This document shows, piece by piece, positions 49,971 to 62,315 of a stretch of DNA of 64,000 bases (positions within the stretch are counted from its first letter, which is position 1; each line of letters opens with the position of its first letter). The DNA is from Callorhinchus milii (lineage: Eukaryota). The stretch spans positions 75,952,001 through 76,016,000 of the forward strand of contig NW_024704742.1 in assembly GCF_018977255.1 (NCBI RefSeq), written 5' to 3'. Made by a program: the position numbers and the translations under genes. The notes beneath the pieces are model-generated. The model was not told the origin of the DNA. It saw nothing but the letters and a program-made list of their open reading frames with translations, and searched no databases.

Positions 49971-51662
49971 ATCTCTATCCTTGTAAGCACCCTTAAAGAA
50001 AAAAAACTTCACTATCCTGCTTTCCCTTCCAACAAAGTAAATATTCGGAAACAACATCTGACAATCAATCTCCCAAATAAAATTGGTCATTCACTTTGTG
50101 GCTGTTTGTGGGATATTGCTGTGCACAAAGTGGTTGTGTTTGTCTACACATACACTGTCGCTATACTTTGGTTTAGAAAAACTTTTAGATGTTCTCAGTA
50201 ATATAGGCCAATAATTATTATTATAATTATTAGAATTTCAACGAAATCATAAAAAAGCTAACATCCAAAAGTTGCCAGAGAACCTAACTTCTTCTCATTG
50301 TTTTACTCTGGAGACTGTTCTTCACGTGTTGCTGCAGAAAGCCCCATTAGAGCTTTAGGGAATGTCAAACAAATTATTGATGTAATTGGTGTAGCTATTC
50401 CTATCCCTTTACGAATATTGAATTTCCCCCCCACCCCAAGAATGTCTTGGAAGTAGCTTTAATGATTCGTCGATGGGACAAACCACAAGCTGGGTTCTTG
50501 CAATGCCATAAACAGCAGGTTGGCAATATGAGGGCATGTAACCGAGGCTGTAATTCCAGTCACAGTGTGTGAGTCACTGTTCTTTTACTGCAGCTGCAGT
50601 AATATAAAACCTCCACTGTCTAGCAATAATGCGTAAGGAAAGTTATAACACAAATTTTCAGTCTGTGATTCTGTTTGAGGTCAATTTTTGTTTTCCATAT
50701 CAGAGAGGCTTGCTTTCTTGCTGTCTTAGTCATACCAGATCTGAATGGAATCCTGAAGGGAGGGGTGAAGGTTTGCAGGTACATTCACAATGAACTAACA
50801 TCTGACATGATAAACCTGATCCTCACCACATTGCTATTGTTTAGTTCCTCTAGCATTTGTAGACGATCACAAGATCCTAAGTGCTCATTGGAAAAGTTTG
50901 GATGAAGATGAACTTTGGCCCACTTAGAACCATAGAAATGTACAGTACAGGCCTATCATATCTGTATTGCTGCTTTGAAAAAGCAATTAATTCAGTCACA
51001 GTTACCTGCCTTTTCATCATATTTCTGAAAATTGTGCCTTTTTAAATACTGCAGAATATTTATTATTCTGAACTCCAGTTTGGGTCCCTTTAGTTTCATG
51101 CAAGCCATGTGATTCCTCTTCTCCCATGCGTTATTATTAAAGGTGGGCAGAAACTCAAAATATTTCCCTTTTGCAACTCTCACCCTCTGCCCTTGTCATC
51201 TTAATTTAAAATTTAAAGATTTTTCCTTCAAAATAAGGACAACAAATAAGATTAGGAAATCTAGGAGATGTTTTAGTGTAATGGTGATAGGCTTTATTTT
51301 GGCAGCTTGGGTATCTGACAATTGTGGAAACCCATCACAATGCTTAAGAGCATCCAAACCAAACTGAGAGCTCCATGCATCCCACCTACACATTGCAATT
51401 CCAGTGTATTAAGTAAGTAGGATGCATCCCTCCAGGTAGAGAATGCGCACTCTCTACCTGGAGGGATGCATCCTACTTACTTAATTTCGGAGAGTATTAG
51501 GCTGGCAAGCAAAAGATATGAGGATCAAACTACCAGCACAGGTGGGAGTACTACACTGGTTGGTGTTTTGCGTGCAGGGTTATCAGATTAGCGTCTTCCT
51601 GCTGTGATCTCAGAAATACAAATATTCACAAAGGGCATAAAGCAGACGTCAGGATCTCTTAC

Positions 51663-51817
51663 CTTTTGTCAGAGGAAGGCAATGATTTTGGAGGCTCTAT
51701 TCTGATCGCGGGATCCCACTCGCCTGGAGGCAGCACAATCACTTCATCCAAAAACTCATCAATTCCAGCCAGCAGGTCCTCCCTGTCTTTAGCCTTGTAG
51801 GCAATGTCATGGAACAG
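51663..51817 (-). CDS. slc4a4: slc4a4 coding exon (155 nt): [51 protein letters not shown](R)
   Basis: tttag|CTGTTC ... GACAAAAG|gtaag; phase 0 to 2. Confidence 0.96.
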
Positions 51818-51964
51818 CTAAACCAGAAACAGCAGATGAGGCCCTGACCAACAGGAAACCAGCAAACACTCATAGAAATAACACATCAGTGGTCGGTGTC
51901 AGAAGAAACCCAAAATGTTTTTTTTAAAAAAAATAAGTTTCACATTGTGCCCTTAATTTCCTTG

Positions 51965-52160
51965 CCTCCTTCAAGACCTTCCACGTCTCAAGACCCTCCT
52001 CTTCGTCCGTGCCTTCAGCCACCCTCCTAACCGTACCCACCCTGCCCTCCATCCCTCCCTGATCCTAAACCCCTGCTCGGATCCAAGTCCCTGACTGTCC
52101 AGTGCCTTGGGATGTCTTCCTGACGGGAAAGGCGATTTACAAATGTAATATTGTATGACA
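51965..52160 (+). mobile_element. L2-clade LINE 3' end
   Basis: CTCAAGACCCTCCTCTTC ... GGGATGTCTTCCTGACGGGAAAGGCG tail. Confidence 0.7.
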
Positions 52161-52454
52161 TTGTCAAGCAGCACAAATCAATTGGGATTTTTAGAACGTG
52201 ACAGACCACACTGTGACACAGCCTCCAGCAAAGGTAAGGGTTTTGCAGCAAACAACTAATTTATTATGTATTCTTGCAATATTTTACCAACAGCAAGTTG
52301 CACTTATTTAAATGCACACAGAGAGTTGCTTCTGGCAGTGGGGCTTTGCTGCCAGCATCACTATCTGATAGATCTCCCCTGACCCCAAGAGAATAGCTAC
52401 AAATATTAAGTACCCCGAGATGCTACCTTGTGTGAAGAGGGTGATATATAGAGT

Positions 52455-53035
52455 AATAATAATAATAATAATAATAATCCTTGCATTTGATATAGCGCTT
52501 TTCACGTCGGGAGGATGTCCCAAAGCGCTTCACAGAACACACTGTAAAGTGAATTGACTGTATATTTGTGGGCGAACGCGGCAGCCAATTGCGCACAGCA
52601 ATGTCTATATATAGAGTGTCTATATAGAGTTCACCCACAAAATGTACAGTCAATTCACTTTACAGTTTACAGTAAATTCTGTGAAGCAATGAGATGTCTC
52701 AATGATGTGATGATGATAATAATCATACAAACATTTGATATAGCACCTTATCACATCGTTGAGATTCACAGAATATACTGTAAAATAAATTAACTATATT
52801 TTGTGGGTGAAATGCAGCAACCAATTGCATAGTCCCACAAACAGTCGTACATTGAGTGACCAAATTTGCTTTTTAAAAAATCTTTTTTTTTTTAAAAAGG
52901 GATTATTACCCCGGGAAAGCAATCCACCAATTGACTGACTGCTAGTTAAACAGAGGCATGTGGTGTTAGGAAACTTGCCCAACGTTTTGTGATAAGGTGC
53001 TATATCAAAGGCAAGGTTGCTTATTATTATTATAA
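52455..53035. mobile_element. Cluster of short-family SINE pieces in alternating orientations
   Basis: Minus 52455-52604, plus ~52629-52725, minus ~52730-52985, plus tail ~52988-53035. Confidence 0.75.
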
Positions 53036-53964
53036 ACATTGTGTAATCCTGCATCTGAGTTTAATGCATTTCCATAGAATTTTATTATGTACATAATAAA
53101 GAAGCATGCACAATAGGAGTGGCTGTAAACATGAATACAATATGAAATTGAATTAAACATTTCTTGGGAAAATATTTTCCCAGGAGCCACAGATCTGGAG
53201 CTAGTTTATGCATCACTAGATTTCTAAATAAGTGCAATGAAGCTTTTGAAGAACTTTGAATTAAGTTTAATGTTTTGCTTTGCTTATTTCTGTCTAGTAG
53301 TTGCATCAGCTTTGAGATGTTTCAACGACGTGATAAGATGGTCTATCAAATGCAAACATTATTATTAATAGTATTTTTTGATACAATGCATGTTCCTCCT
53401 ACACCACCCCACCCTTCCCTTCACCATACCAAAAAAGAACATGCCACCTGAGCATGTTCAAAACAGCTGTCTGGGGATTTGAGAGAGCAACTTTCTTCTC
53501 TCTCCCTCAGTCCCTTTACTGCTCATCCTCTTTCCGTGCAGCTAGGCAAGTGCTAACAACAAATTACATTTTTATATAGTGCCTTTCACGTCAGGAGGAC
53601 ATGTTAAGTAGATGAGCAGGACCAGGATCTCTCATAACACGAGTTCCGATGGTCTGAACCTTGGCTGCCACTTCCAGCACACTGACTACACCTGCCAGGG
53701 ATTACCTGTTCTACCTGTTGACTAAATTTTGCAGCCAGTCTCATCTGACTTTCAGACACTAACACCTGTAATCTGTGTATACATTACAAACACATTAAGT
53801 GACTAAGCCATATTATTGATCTTTAAATATGCTCCCCAAAATACAGACAAGAAATGTTGGTGCCACAATTGGTAGGCATGGCTGGGAGGAGCACCTGGGT
53901 CTGATGGTGAGAGGCAAGTGTACTAATGTGTAGCGATGATACACTTCACTTAAATAATTGGGTC

Positions 53965-54233
53965 CTGTCCACCACACCATCAGTGGCCGAGTTGTTAGTT
54001 TCTACGCCCCTAACCTCTGGGAACCCTTGCTCTGCCTCTCAGTCTCATGGAGTCTCTATGTCATTCTTTCGTTTATTAATTCCCACATCAAATCCTTCCT
54101 CTTCAAGCGTGCCTATGGCTACCTCCTACTTCCCTCTCTGCCTCCTCAGTATCCAACTATGTCCCTGCAAAGCTGTCTGAGACATTACCCAATGTGAAGG
54201 GTGCTCTATAAAAGCAGGTTGTTATTGCTGTTG
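53965..54233 (+). mobile_element. L2-clade LINE 3' fragment
   Basis: TISGRVVSFYAPNLW...IKSFLFKRAY; L2 tail. Confidence 0.7.
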
Positions 54234-55265
54234 TGGTTTAGATTTTTCTCTTGCTGCTAGGTTTGAGTTTCTTTTACTAGAGAGGGTTACAGGGTCGCTG
54301 ATCTGCTCATCAAGAATGAATGCATTTCTTTCATTCTCTCCTTTCACAAAGTATGGTTCCACTGCCATTCGTCACCCTTCAACACCGCATCCATGTGGTC
54401 ATGATTTGTGTGTAAGCCAAGACATCCAGTGTTGGCTGGGTGTTTGACTGATTGGCATGAGAGCACTTAAGTAATCAGGAGCAGAAACCTTAGCTGATTT
54501 TCCCTTCCCTAACCCATGAGCGCAGAGAACAATTGTAGACTCAACTACTGCCCCAGCTGACATCAAAAAACTCAGTATAGTACAGAGGCTTTAAACTACA
54601 GTCCCATCTGCCTGTTTAGGTGGACGTTAAAGATCCCATGGTTCTACTTGGAAAAGAGAAGGGAGTTTCTTCCGATGTCCTGGCCAACAATTCCCCAAAT
54701 ATAATTGGTCATTCGTTTCATAGCTGTTTGTAGGACATTGATGTGCACAATTGGGCTGCTAGCGGTATCTCATTATAGACATGGAACAAAACATTCACTG
54801 TATTTGCCACAGCAGGTGCAGGGAATATGAACTGACAAGACCATAGAAAACATAACAATGTTGGTGGAAATTAATGTAGGGTTAACGCTGACTTTAGATG
54901 GATATATTTACCTAGGTATACACTAAATGAAAATGAATGCAACTCATTGAAAGTCCCTTAAGTATCAGTAACAATGCTTGAAGCAGCTAATGATCTGGGA
55001 TCCACCCTAACTTTTTACTGTCTTACTCTGCATTATTTTATGCAACCTTTAGCTGGGAGGTTTAGTTTTGAATGGCACATGTGACTAAAAGTGGAATTAG
55101 CTGTCAAATCACCTGAGCCCTGAATTAGCCAGAAATGTGCTCATTTGCTCATCATAAAACATGGAACAAAAGTTCCATGTTTTATGTAAACTTCAAAGTC
55201 TAACAGTCACAGGGTAAAAACACCAGTACTAATTAAATCTGTGGTATTCAGTAAAGATGTAAATA

Positions 55266-56260
55266 CAACAACTTGCATTTATATAGTGCACTTCACGAGG
55301 GGTAGCATCTCGGAGTGCTCGACAATGGTGGAGTCTGACCCCAAGCCAGGGGGAGAGGGAGGTGACGATAAGTACGATCAAAAAGGAAGGTCTTTAGGCG
55401 GGATTTGAAAGTGGGAAGGCAAGTGGCAAGGCGGAGAGATTGAGGGAGAGAGTTCCAAAGTTTCAGGGAGTAGCGGCTGAAGGCACGGCCCCCGATGATG
55501 GAACGGTGGGGACGAGGAACAAATAGGAGGAACAGATAGGTAGCGAGGTGCGAGTGAGAGGATTTTGAAATCGATCCATTCGGTAATTGAGAGCCAGTGG
55601 AGCCTGGCATTGACTGGTGCGATGGGGGTATGGAGTTTTGTGCGGTGAGAATCCAGGGGGGAGAGTCCAGAATTAGTTGTATTTTGTATATGGTTGAGCT
55701 GGGGAGTCCATCGAGGTGGGTTTTGGAATAGTCCAGCCAGGAAGTGATGCAGGCATGGACGAGGGTTTCGGCTGCGTTGGTTTCAAGGTACGGATGGAGA
55801 CGGGCAATGTGACGAAGGTGGCAAAAAGCGGTCCTGTTCAGGGATTGGATGTGGGGTAGAATGGAAAGCTGGGGATGAAACCTGACCCCAAAGTTATGCA
55901 CGGGTTCAGTAAGTCTAAACGAGAACCCAGGGAGGTTGAGGACTTCAGACCCGCTGGAGAGAAGACATTGAAGGGGCCAATGAGTATAGCTTCCACCTTG
56001 CTGACATTCAGCTGCAGGAAATTTGCGTTCAGCCAGGCCTTGATGTCTGTCAAACAAGCTGACAGGACATCAGTGGACTGGGAGTTACAGCTGGAGGAGA
56101 AGTAGATTTGGGATGGATCTGAAGTTTGTGAGGTTGGAGGGACCGAGGGTAGGTTTTTAAGGAAAAGAGTGATGACAGTGGTTTTAAGGGGGACTGGGCC
56201 AGAGTCTGAAGAGAGGGACTGGTTGATTGCGTCAGCTAGCAGTGGGCAGAGGAGGGGGAG
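55266..56260 (-). mobile_element. Degenerate L2-clade LINE 3' portion
   Basis: Peptides LTDIKAWLNANFLQLNVSKVEAILIGP, FCHLRHIARLHPYL...ETLVHACITSWLDY and GGRAFS...LWNSLP...FKSRLKTFLF; tail ATAAATGCAAGTTGTTG. Confidence 0.9.
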
Positions 56261-57716
56261 TGACCAAAAGCTGGGTGGTGATCTCTTCACATTTGGCATC
56301 GGAAGTGAGGATTGAAAGTGCTTGAGAGGGGGCGTGAAGGAGGGCTTTCAGATGTTTTGACATGATAAGGCTCCATCATTAAATGAAATATCATTATGAC
56401 TTTAAAGGACTATTGCATTCAGCACCAACAGTCTCACAAGAGGAGGCCGTATTTGCCTGTGACTATTTGTCTGCACGGAGACCAAAGACCATTAGTAAGA
56501 GTGAACAATGCCCCAATTATACCAGTGGACATTCCTTCCCAATTCTCCAACACAAAATAACTCTGGTGACCCAGATTCTCACTGCACTACAGTTAGACTA
56601 CAAGCCCTCCATAAACACCAACAACTAGTCATTCAATTAACTAAAACTCACACAATAATAAAAATCATAATCCTTGCACTTGATGAAGCATTTTTCATGT
56701 CGTAGAAACATCTCAAAACACTTCATAGAATTTACTGTAAATTGCAGTGATTGTATTTCTATGTGAATGCCTGATACTAACATTCTGGTCTACAATCCTC
56801 CAGATTAAAAGGCCATTCACTTCATGACTGTTCATATGACCTCAGTGGGATAAATATCTGCTGTGATTGCCTATAAAAAGCAGTGACCGCAGTTGATAGT
56901 AATTACTGTGAAGCACTTTGAGAACAGAACGTTCAACATAAAATATAAAATACTTGTACAAAAATACAAGTTCTTTCTTTCCTTTTAATGACACTTGACC
57001 ATGGACCAGGACAGACAAGTCACTGATATGTATGATTTGAATCCAGTCTGCGTATCACACGGTTTAGGCCAGCAACTGCAAAGTAAGATCACATCACACA
57101 CTTGATCAAGTTACTTATTTGATAGATTAAAACCTTCAAAGGTTTTAGCCCCAAAATGTTTGCTCCTGTTTGATTCATATACCATCAAAAATATGGATGG
57201 CACAGAATTCTAATTTTTATTGACATCCACTCCATCAGTCACGGTGACCTGGTGAAACAAAAAGGGACTTCTATCTGGGCATAACTTTGTCCATTGGATG
57301 GACTGAGCTGCTGTCTAACGTTCAGAGGCACTTTGGGTTTGGTATTTCTTACATAACTGAAGCACAATGGGGAGAGAAGGGAGGTAGAAAATATGCTCCT
57401 CTTGGAAGTAGTAGCATTCCAACTGACCACTGGAAAAGCCACTCACGGCATAAACTGTGTCTTCGGCAGAGAAGCCTGTGTACATCATGCCAACGCACAA
57501 GACTACAGTTCAGACCCCAAATCACCTCGGAGTCAAGGTGCTGGACATTGTTTATCTGTTGCCGTCAAAAGAAGGCAGCGATTTGTCATTTGTTGCTAAG
57601 ATTCTTCAAGTCTCACAACATTACTGTACTGTAAGTGTCACCAGCTGCAGACTGTTGTTTATACAGTAGACTGCAGTTCACAATAGAATCAGCTTCACAA
57701 ACACTACACATCTCAC

Positions 57717-57804
57717 CTCATCTGACATCAGGGTGGCAATTGCTCTCCCGATTTCATGGTAAGACTTAGCCTTGCCTTTCGGCCCCAGCAGAACAAACAG
57801 AAAC
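57717..57804 (-). CDS. slc4a4: slc4a4 coding exon (88 nt): [29 protein letters not shown]
   Basis: tggcag|GTTTCTG ... GATGAG|gtgag; phase 2 to 0; not in the ORF track, read manually. Confidence 0.96.
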
Positions 57805-58514
57805 CTGCCAAGAAAATAAAAATACACAGATTAAAAAATCTTCCTCCAAATTAAAGAGGAATGTAAGACTGCTCCCAAATCGTGCACAATCTTACATTTT
57901 AAGGCAATGGTTTTAATGCTATGATCTTGAGATATTTTAGGCCTCTCTAATGACGGTAGCCTGAGTCCGCCACCTCGCTCCCTCCCCAGCTTTAAAGCTT
58001 GTCTTGATCTTGATCTCCACCCAGCTCACCCACCCTCAGTGCTTTGAAGCACTTTGAGATGCACCCCCCACCCCCCAACATGAAAGACGTGAATGTGAAT
58101 ACAGATGTGTTGCTGTTGTTGTTACGAGAGAATATAAGACAGTGGTCCTTTGCCATCAATCCTCCAACCTGAAGTGCAACCTCCTGGAGAATGTGGGACC
58201 TCGGAGAAGTAAGGGAAGAGGATGCACCTGCATTCCCCACACCCACCAACATGTGTTTCTGGCACATTTTGGTTTCATGGAGGAAATATATGAAGACCTC
58301 CTGAGGCTGCGATTTGTTTTTAGAAACAGCAAGCAACGCATGGGTTAAAGCTGTGATGCAACAGGACCAGAGAACTACCCTGTGAAAATAAATGCAGGTA
58401 GTTCAGCTGAAGGATTAGGGGGCCCCATTCAATTCCCCACAGAATATGCTTTTTATTGCTTACCCACATCCTGAAGGGGCCTTAGCACCCACCCTCCACT
58501 CTGTCCAATCTCAG

Positions 58515-59010
58515 GGGGTGAGAGAGGATTGGGTATGTCCAGGGAATGGGAGAGGAGAGAGGATTGGCTACATACTGGGTGAGAGAGGATTAGGTATGAA
58601 CAGGGTATGAGAGAGGATAATAATAATAATCCTTAATGATCCTTGTATTTAGTATTGTGCCTTATCACGTCTTCGACACGTTTCAAAATGCTTCACAGAA
58701 TATACTGTAAAGTGAATTGACTGTATATTTGTGGGCAAAAGTAGCCAATTGGCACAGCAGTGTCCAACAGTCGTGGATTGAAATGACCAAACTATGTGGA
58801 GTAAGGAAACTTGCCTAATGTTCTGCCCTGCCTGGGAATCAAACCCATGTCCTCTTGCTTGAGAAGCAAGTGCTATAACCAATATGCTAGAGGTTTCCAA
58901 AATTGGGTATCTACAGGGAGAGAGAGAGGATTGAGAATGTACAGGGAGTGAGAGAGATTTGGTTTGGGTTTGTACAGGGGATGAGAGAGATTTGGACATG
59001 TACAGAAACA
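58515..59010. repeat. Degenerate ~28-30-bp minisatellite (GAGAGAGGATTGGGTATGTACAGGG) split by a SINE
   Basis: Units at 58515-58618 and 58900-59010. Confidence 0.8.
58618..58895 (-). mobile_element. tRNA-SINE, short family, inserted into a minisatellite
   Basis: Reverse complement of the 6564-6897 family with a (TAA)n end. Confidence 0.8.
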
Positions 59011-59076
59011 GGAAGTGGGCCACCAAGCTGATCGGCACAGACGTGCTGAGCAAAGTCACGAGGAGTGTTTGCTCAC

Positions 59077-59234
59077 CTGGTTGGAACAGGAACTTCAGTC
59101 AGAGCCCCCAGCATCACAGCCTGCTGCAACCTCACAAAGGCAATGAACGAATGGTCCAGGAAATCCACCTCTCCCACCAGCACGTTGGAGGCTTCGGCAT
59201 CCCGTGGCAGCTTCTTCATGAACTTGTTCTTGAG
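59077..59234 (-). CDS. slc4a4: slc4a4 coding exon (158 nt): [52 protein letters not shown](R)
   Basis: Acceptor ctccag|CTCAAG, donor ACCAG|gtgag; phase 0 to 2; near-identical to the NBCe1 N-terminal domain. Confidence 0.96.
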
Positions 59235-59679
59235 CTGGAGCAAGAAGACGGGAGAAGGGGGGATGATTATTTGACTGCACACTGTATTTCAATTATTTTA
59301 AATAAATATCCTGTCACCATTCCCAAATTGAAGGAATTGGCAGACGCTGGAAATATGAAATATGAGTGAAATTTCTCAGGGAGTGCAGAAGGTCATACAG
59401 CATCCGGTGGAGATGAGGTCAATTTTATGCCGATCACTAAAAATAGCAATGTTTCCACCTCAATTTTAAAATGGGATAAAATCGCTCAAAGAGATCGCTA
59501 CTTTTAGTGATCAGTTTCTGTTTGACCCCAAATGTTGCTGAATATTTTAGGCTTGGCCCTTCTTCAGCATTAAAACAAGCAGTTAGTGAAATAATCTCAT
59601 AACAGAGACTATATATATATAAAATCTACATATATAAATGTAATATACATTAGATTTCTCTAATATACATTTGAGACAG

Positions 59680-60070
59680 CATGTATCACGTTGTCAAAAT
59701 GTCTCAAAATGTCTCAAAGAGCTTCAGAAAAGTGTAGTGAACTGTGTGTTTCAAGGCGGACAGTAATGTCCCACTCACGGCCAGGGATAAATTATCAACT
59801 TTTTATCTGCAGGGGATATTGTTGGCAAAAATGCCAAGAGAAACTCCTTTCTCATTTTGAATAGTATCATGGAATCCTTAACCTGAACAAGCAAATAGGA
59901 CCTCAGTTTAAAATCTCAACAGAAGGATGCCAACTCTGACAATGCAGCATATCCCCAGCTCTGCATTGGAGTGTCAGCTGGACAGTGAATTCAAAGACCC
60001 AACAGCAGACCTGAACCCCACAACCTTGTGACTCAGACTAAGAGTGCTACCAACTGATTCAGGCTGACAC
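59680..60070 (-). mobile_element. Long DeuSINE copy
   Basis: Ends AGAGTGCTACCAACTGA..CAGGCTGACAC, the reverse complement of the head. Confidence 0.7.
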
Positions 60071-61114
60071 AGCAACAATTATACATTGCGGAAGGACTCA
60101 GGGTGAGTTACTCCAGGGGGACAGTGCACATTCCATTCCAGACATGGGGAAAATTCCATGTGTAGGTGGTGGACATATGTGGAACTCTCAGTCTTGAATA
60201 CTCTTAAGCATAGGGATGGATTTCTGTATTTGTCAAGACACCTGGCTGATCAGAAATCAAATAAATATAATATATCTATATATAGTGAGGATTTATAAAT
60301 ATTGAATGCTGTGCATAATCAGATGTGTCTTACAACAAGCCATCAGAACTCTGCTCGGATGACAATCTCCTCCAACTCCTGGGAATATGGACTGCAACCA
60401 AAGAATGCTCTGACAGGTGATCAGAATTTGAGCAGAGCTTCTACGGGTTTTAGTGAGACACATCCGACTACATTCAGGACTCGATATTCCTGAATCGTTA
60501 TACAAGTCCCACAAACTAGTCCAGAGTTTATTTATACTTCACCTATAAGATACAGTCAATACACTTCACAGTATGTCCTGTGAAAGGCTTTGAGACGTCC
60601 TCCCAATGTGGAAGATGCTATATCAAATATAAGGATTATTAATATCAAACATACATCAAATAGATGTATGATACATACATCAAATATAGGGGTTATTGAT
60701 ATTATATTTATTAGCACAGATGAAAACAAGCCTTTAAAACCTGTTGTAAATGACATTTTTTCCATGCTGTTTTTGTTGAAACTTCTCCAACACTCTTCAC
60801 TGAATTAAACTCATCCAGAAAACTACAACTTGAATCTAATATACACAAGATCCCTCATTCCCATCACCCTCAGCAGATCACATTCAAAATCCACATCCTT
60901 GTTTTCTCATTACATCTTTGTGTAATCTTCTCCAGTCCTGAGTCCCAGCTCACAAAACTCTTCTGAATCTAGTTTAGTGCTCATTCCCCCTTCCCTCCAT
61001 TTCACCTTTGAAGGTCAAGTCTTGAGTCACTATTCTCTCAGTGACCTCTAGAGTTCTGTTTCGAAAACACATCATCTTGCCACATTTCTTTATATAAATT
61101 TTTATTATATATAA

Positions 61115-61331
61115 GTTTCCTTACTCCACACATCTAATAATAATCCCTCAAAAAAAAATTGGTCACTTCATTCCACGACTGTTTGTGGGACACTACTGTG
61201 CGCAATTGGCTGCTGCGTTTCACCCATATAATATGCAGTCAATTCACTTTACCGTATATTCTGTGAAATGCTTTGAGATGTCTAGAAGACGTGAAAAGCA
61301 CTATATCAAATGCAAGGATTATTATTATTAT
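61115..61331 (+). mobile_element. tRNA-SINE, short family, 5'-truncated
   Basis: AAGTTTCCTTACTCCACAC ... AAATGCAAGGATTATTATT. Confidence 0.8.
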
Positions 61332-62315
61332 ATTTCCCCCTACGTCAAAAACGTCCTCCTAACAGGACAATAGGTTAGACTGTGCCTTTGGTCACCACAC
61401 ATTGACTCCCACACTTTGCTGAGTGTTCATTACCAATTGTTAAGTGCTTTGAGATTTTTTTTATGTTCATGGTGTTCTATAAACTCAAGGTGTCATTGTA
61501 AGAAATTCACGATTGTAAGAAAATACCAATTTAAAGAAGCCTAATGAAAACAAAGTGATTTATAGGTTCATCAATATATTGTTGAGCTCGTAAGAAAATA
61601 ACAGATCTTTTTGTTCAGGTCTCTTTGTAAATCATGAGAAGATGCTAATTGCCAATACTCTATTCAGACATTGGGCTATAAATCATTTCCACTTCAGACA
61701 CCATCGGAACTGAACAAGAATATTCAGTGTGGCTGAGCTGCTAAAGTACCAGCAGGTCCAGAAAAATACATAACAAAGTGATCTTTTCCCACCAGTGACT
61801 GGTATTTCACTCCTTGAATCATTGATCAAAAGCTATATACAGAAAAGGCTCAATGAGAACCATACTTATCATATCATTGCATAACCTGATACGTAGTCCT
61901 CAGGAAAGTTTCTCTGCCTCATAAAACTATCTCCAGGGCAACTAAACTTGGTGCATTGTGCCATCCCTGTCACGCTCCCCCATATAAATCAAGCAACTTC
62001 TTTCATCCAATTCTGGCAGCTTGTTTTCCTTGTAAGTAAACAGGCCAGTGTTTTTCACAAGATTGGGCGGAAGGAAGTACAAATCTTAATGCTAGCACTC
62101 TGAGAAGTATATGCCAAACGTCACTTATTTGTTACAAACTAAAAACAAGAGTCCTGTTTATATGACTTTAAAGGGATACATAAACCCCATTTAAAGAAAA
62201 GGATTCATTTCAATAGCCTACTCATGAAATCTGTGAGAACTGTTCTAATCTGGGTGTTTATGTAATGTGCAAAATCTACTTTATAACACTGAAATGATTG
62301 GGGTAACATCGCCCG

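Larger units (their letters stand above)
222..59234 (-). other. slc4a4: SLC4A4/NBCe1-type electrogenic sodium bicarbonate cotransporter gene, partial (15 internal coding exons; both ends outside the window)
   Basis: Spliced translation matches NBCe1 motifs: [81 protein letters not shown]. All introns are GT-AG with compatible phases. Confidence 0.93.

Noticed and set aside
55293..56299. 254-aa and 153-aa ORFs as functional genes
   Set aside because: Frameshifted remnants of L2 ORF2, not an intact retrotransposon or a host gene.
222..59234. Assignment to SLC4A5/NBCe2 or the electroneutral SLC4A7/8/10
   Set aside because: Diagnostic stretches ([59 protein letters not shown]) match NBCe1 better.
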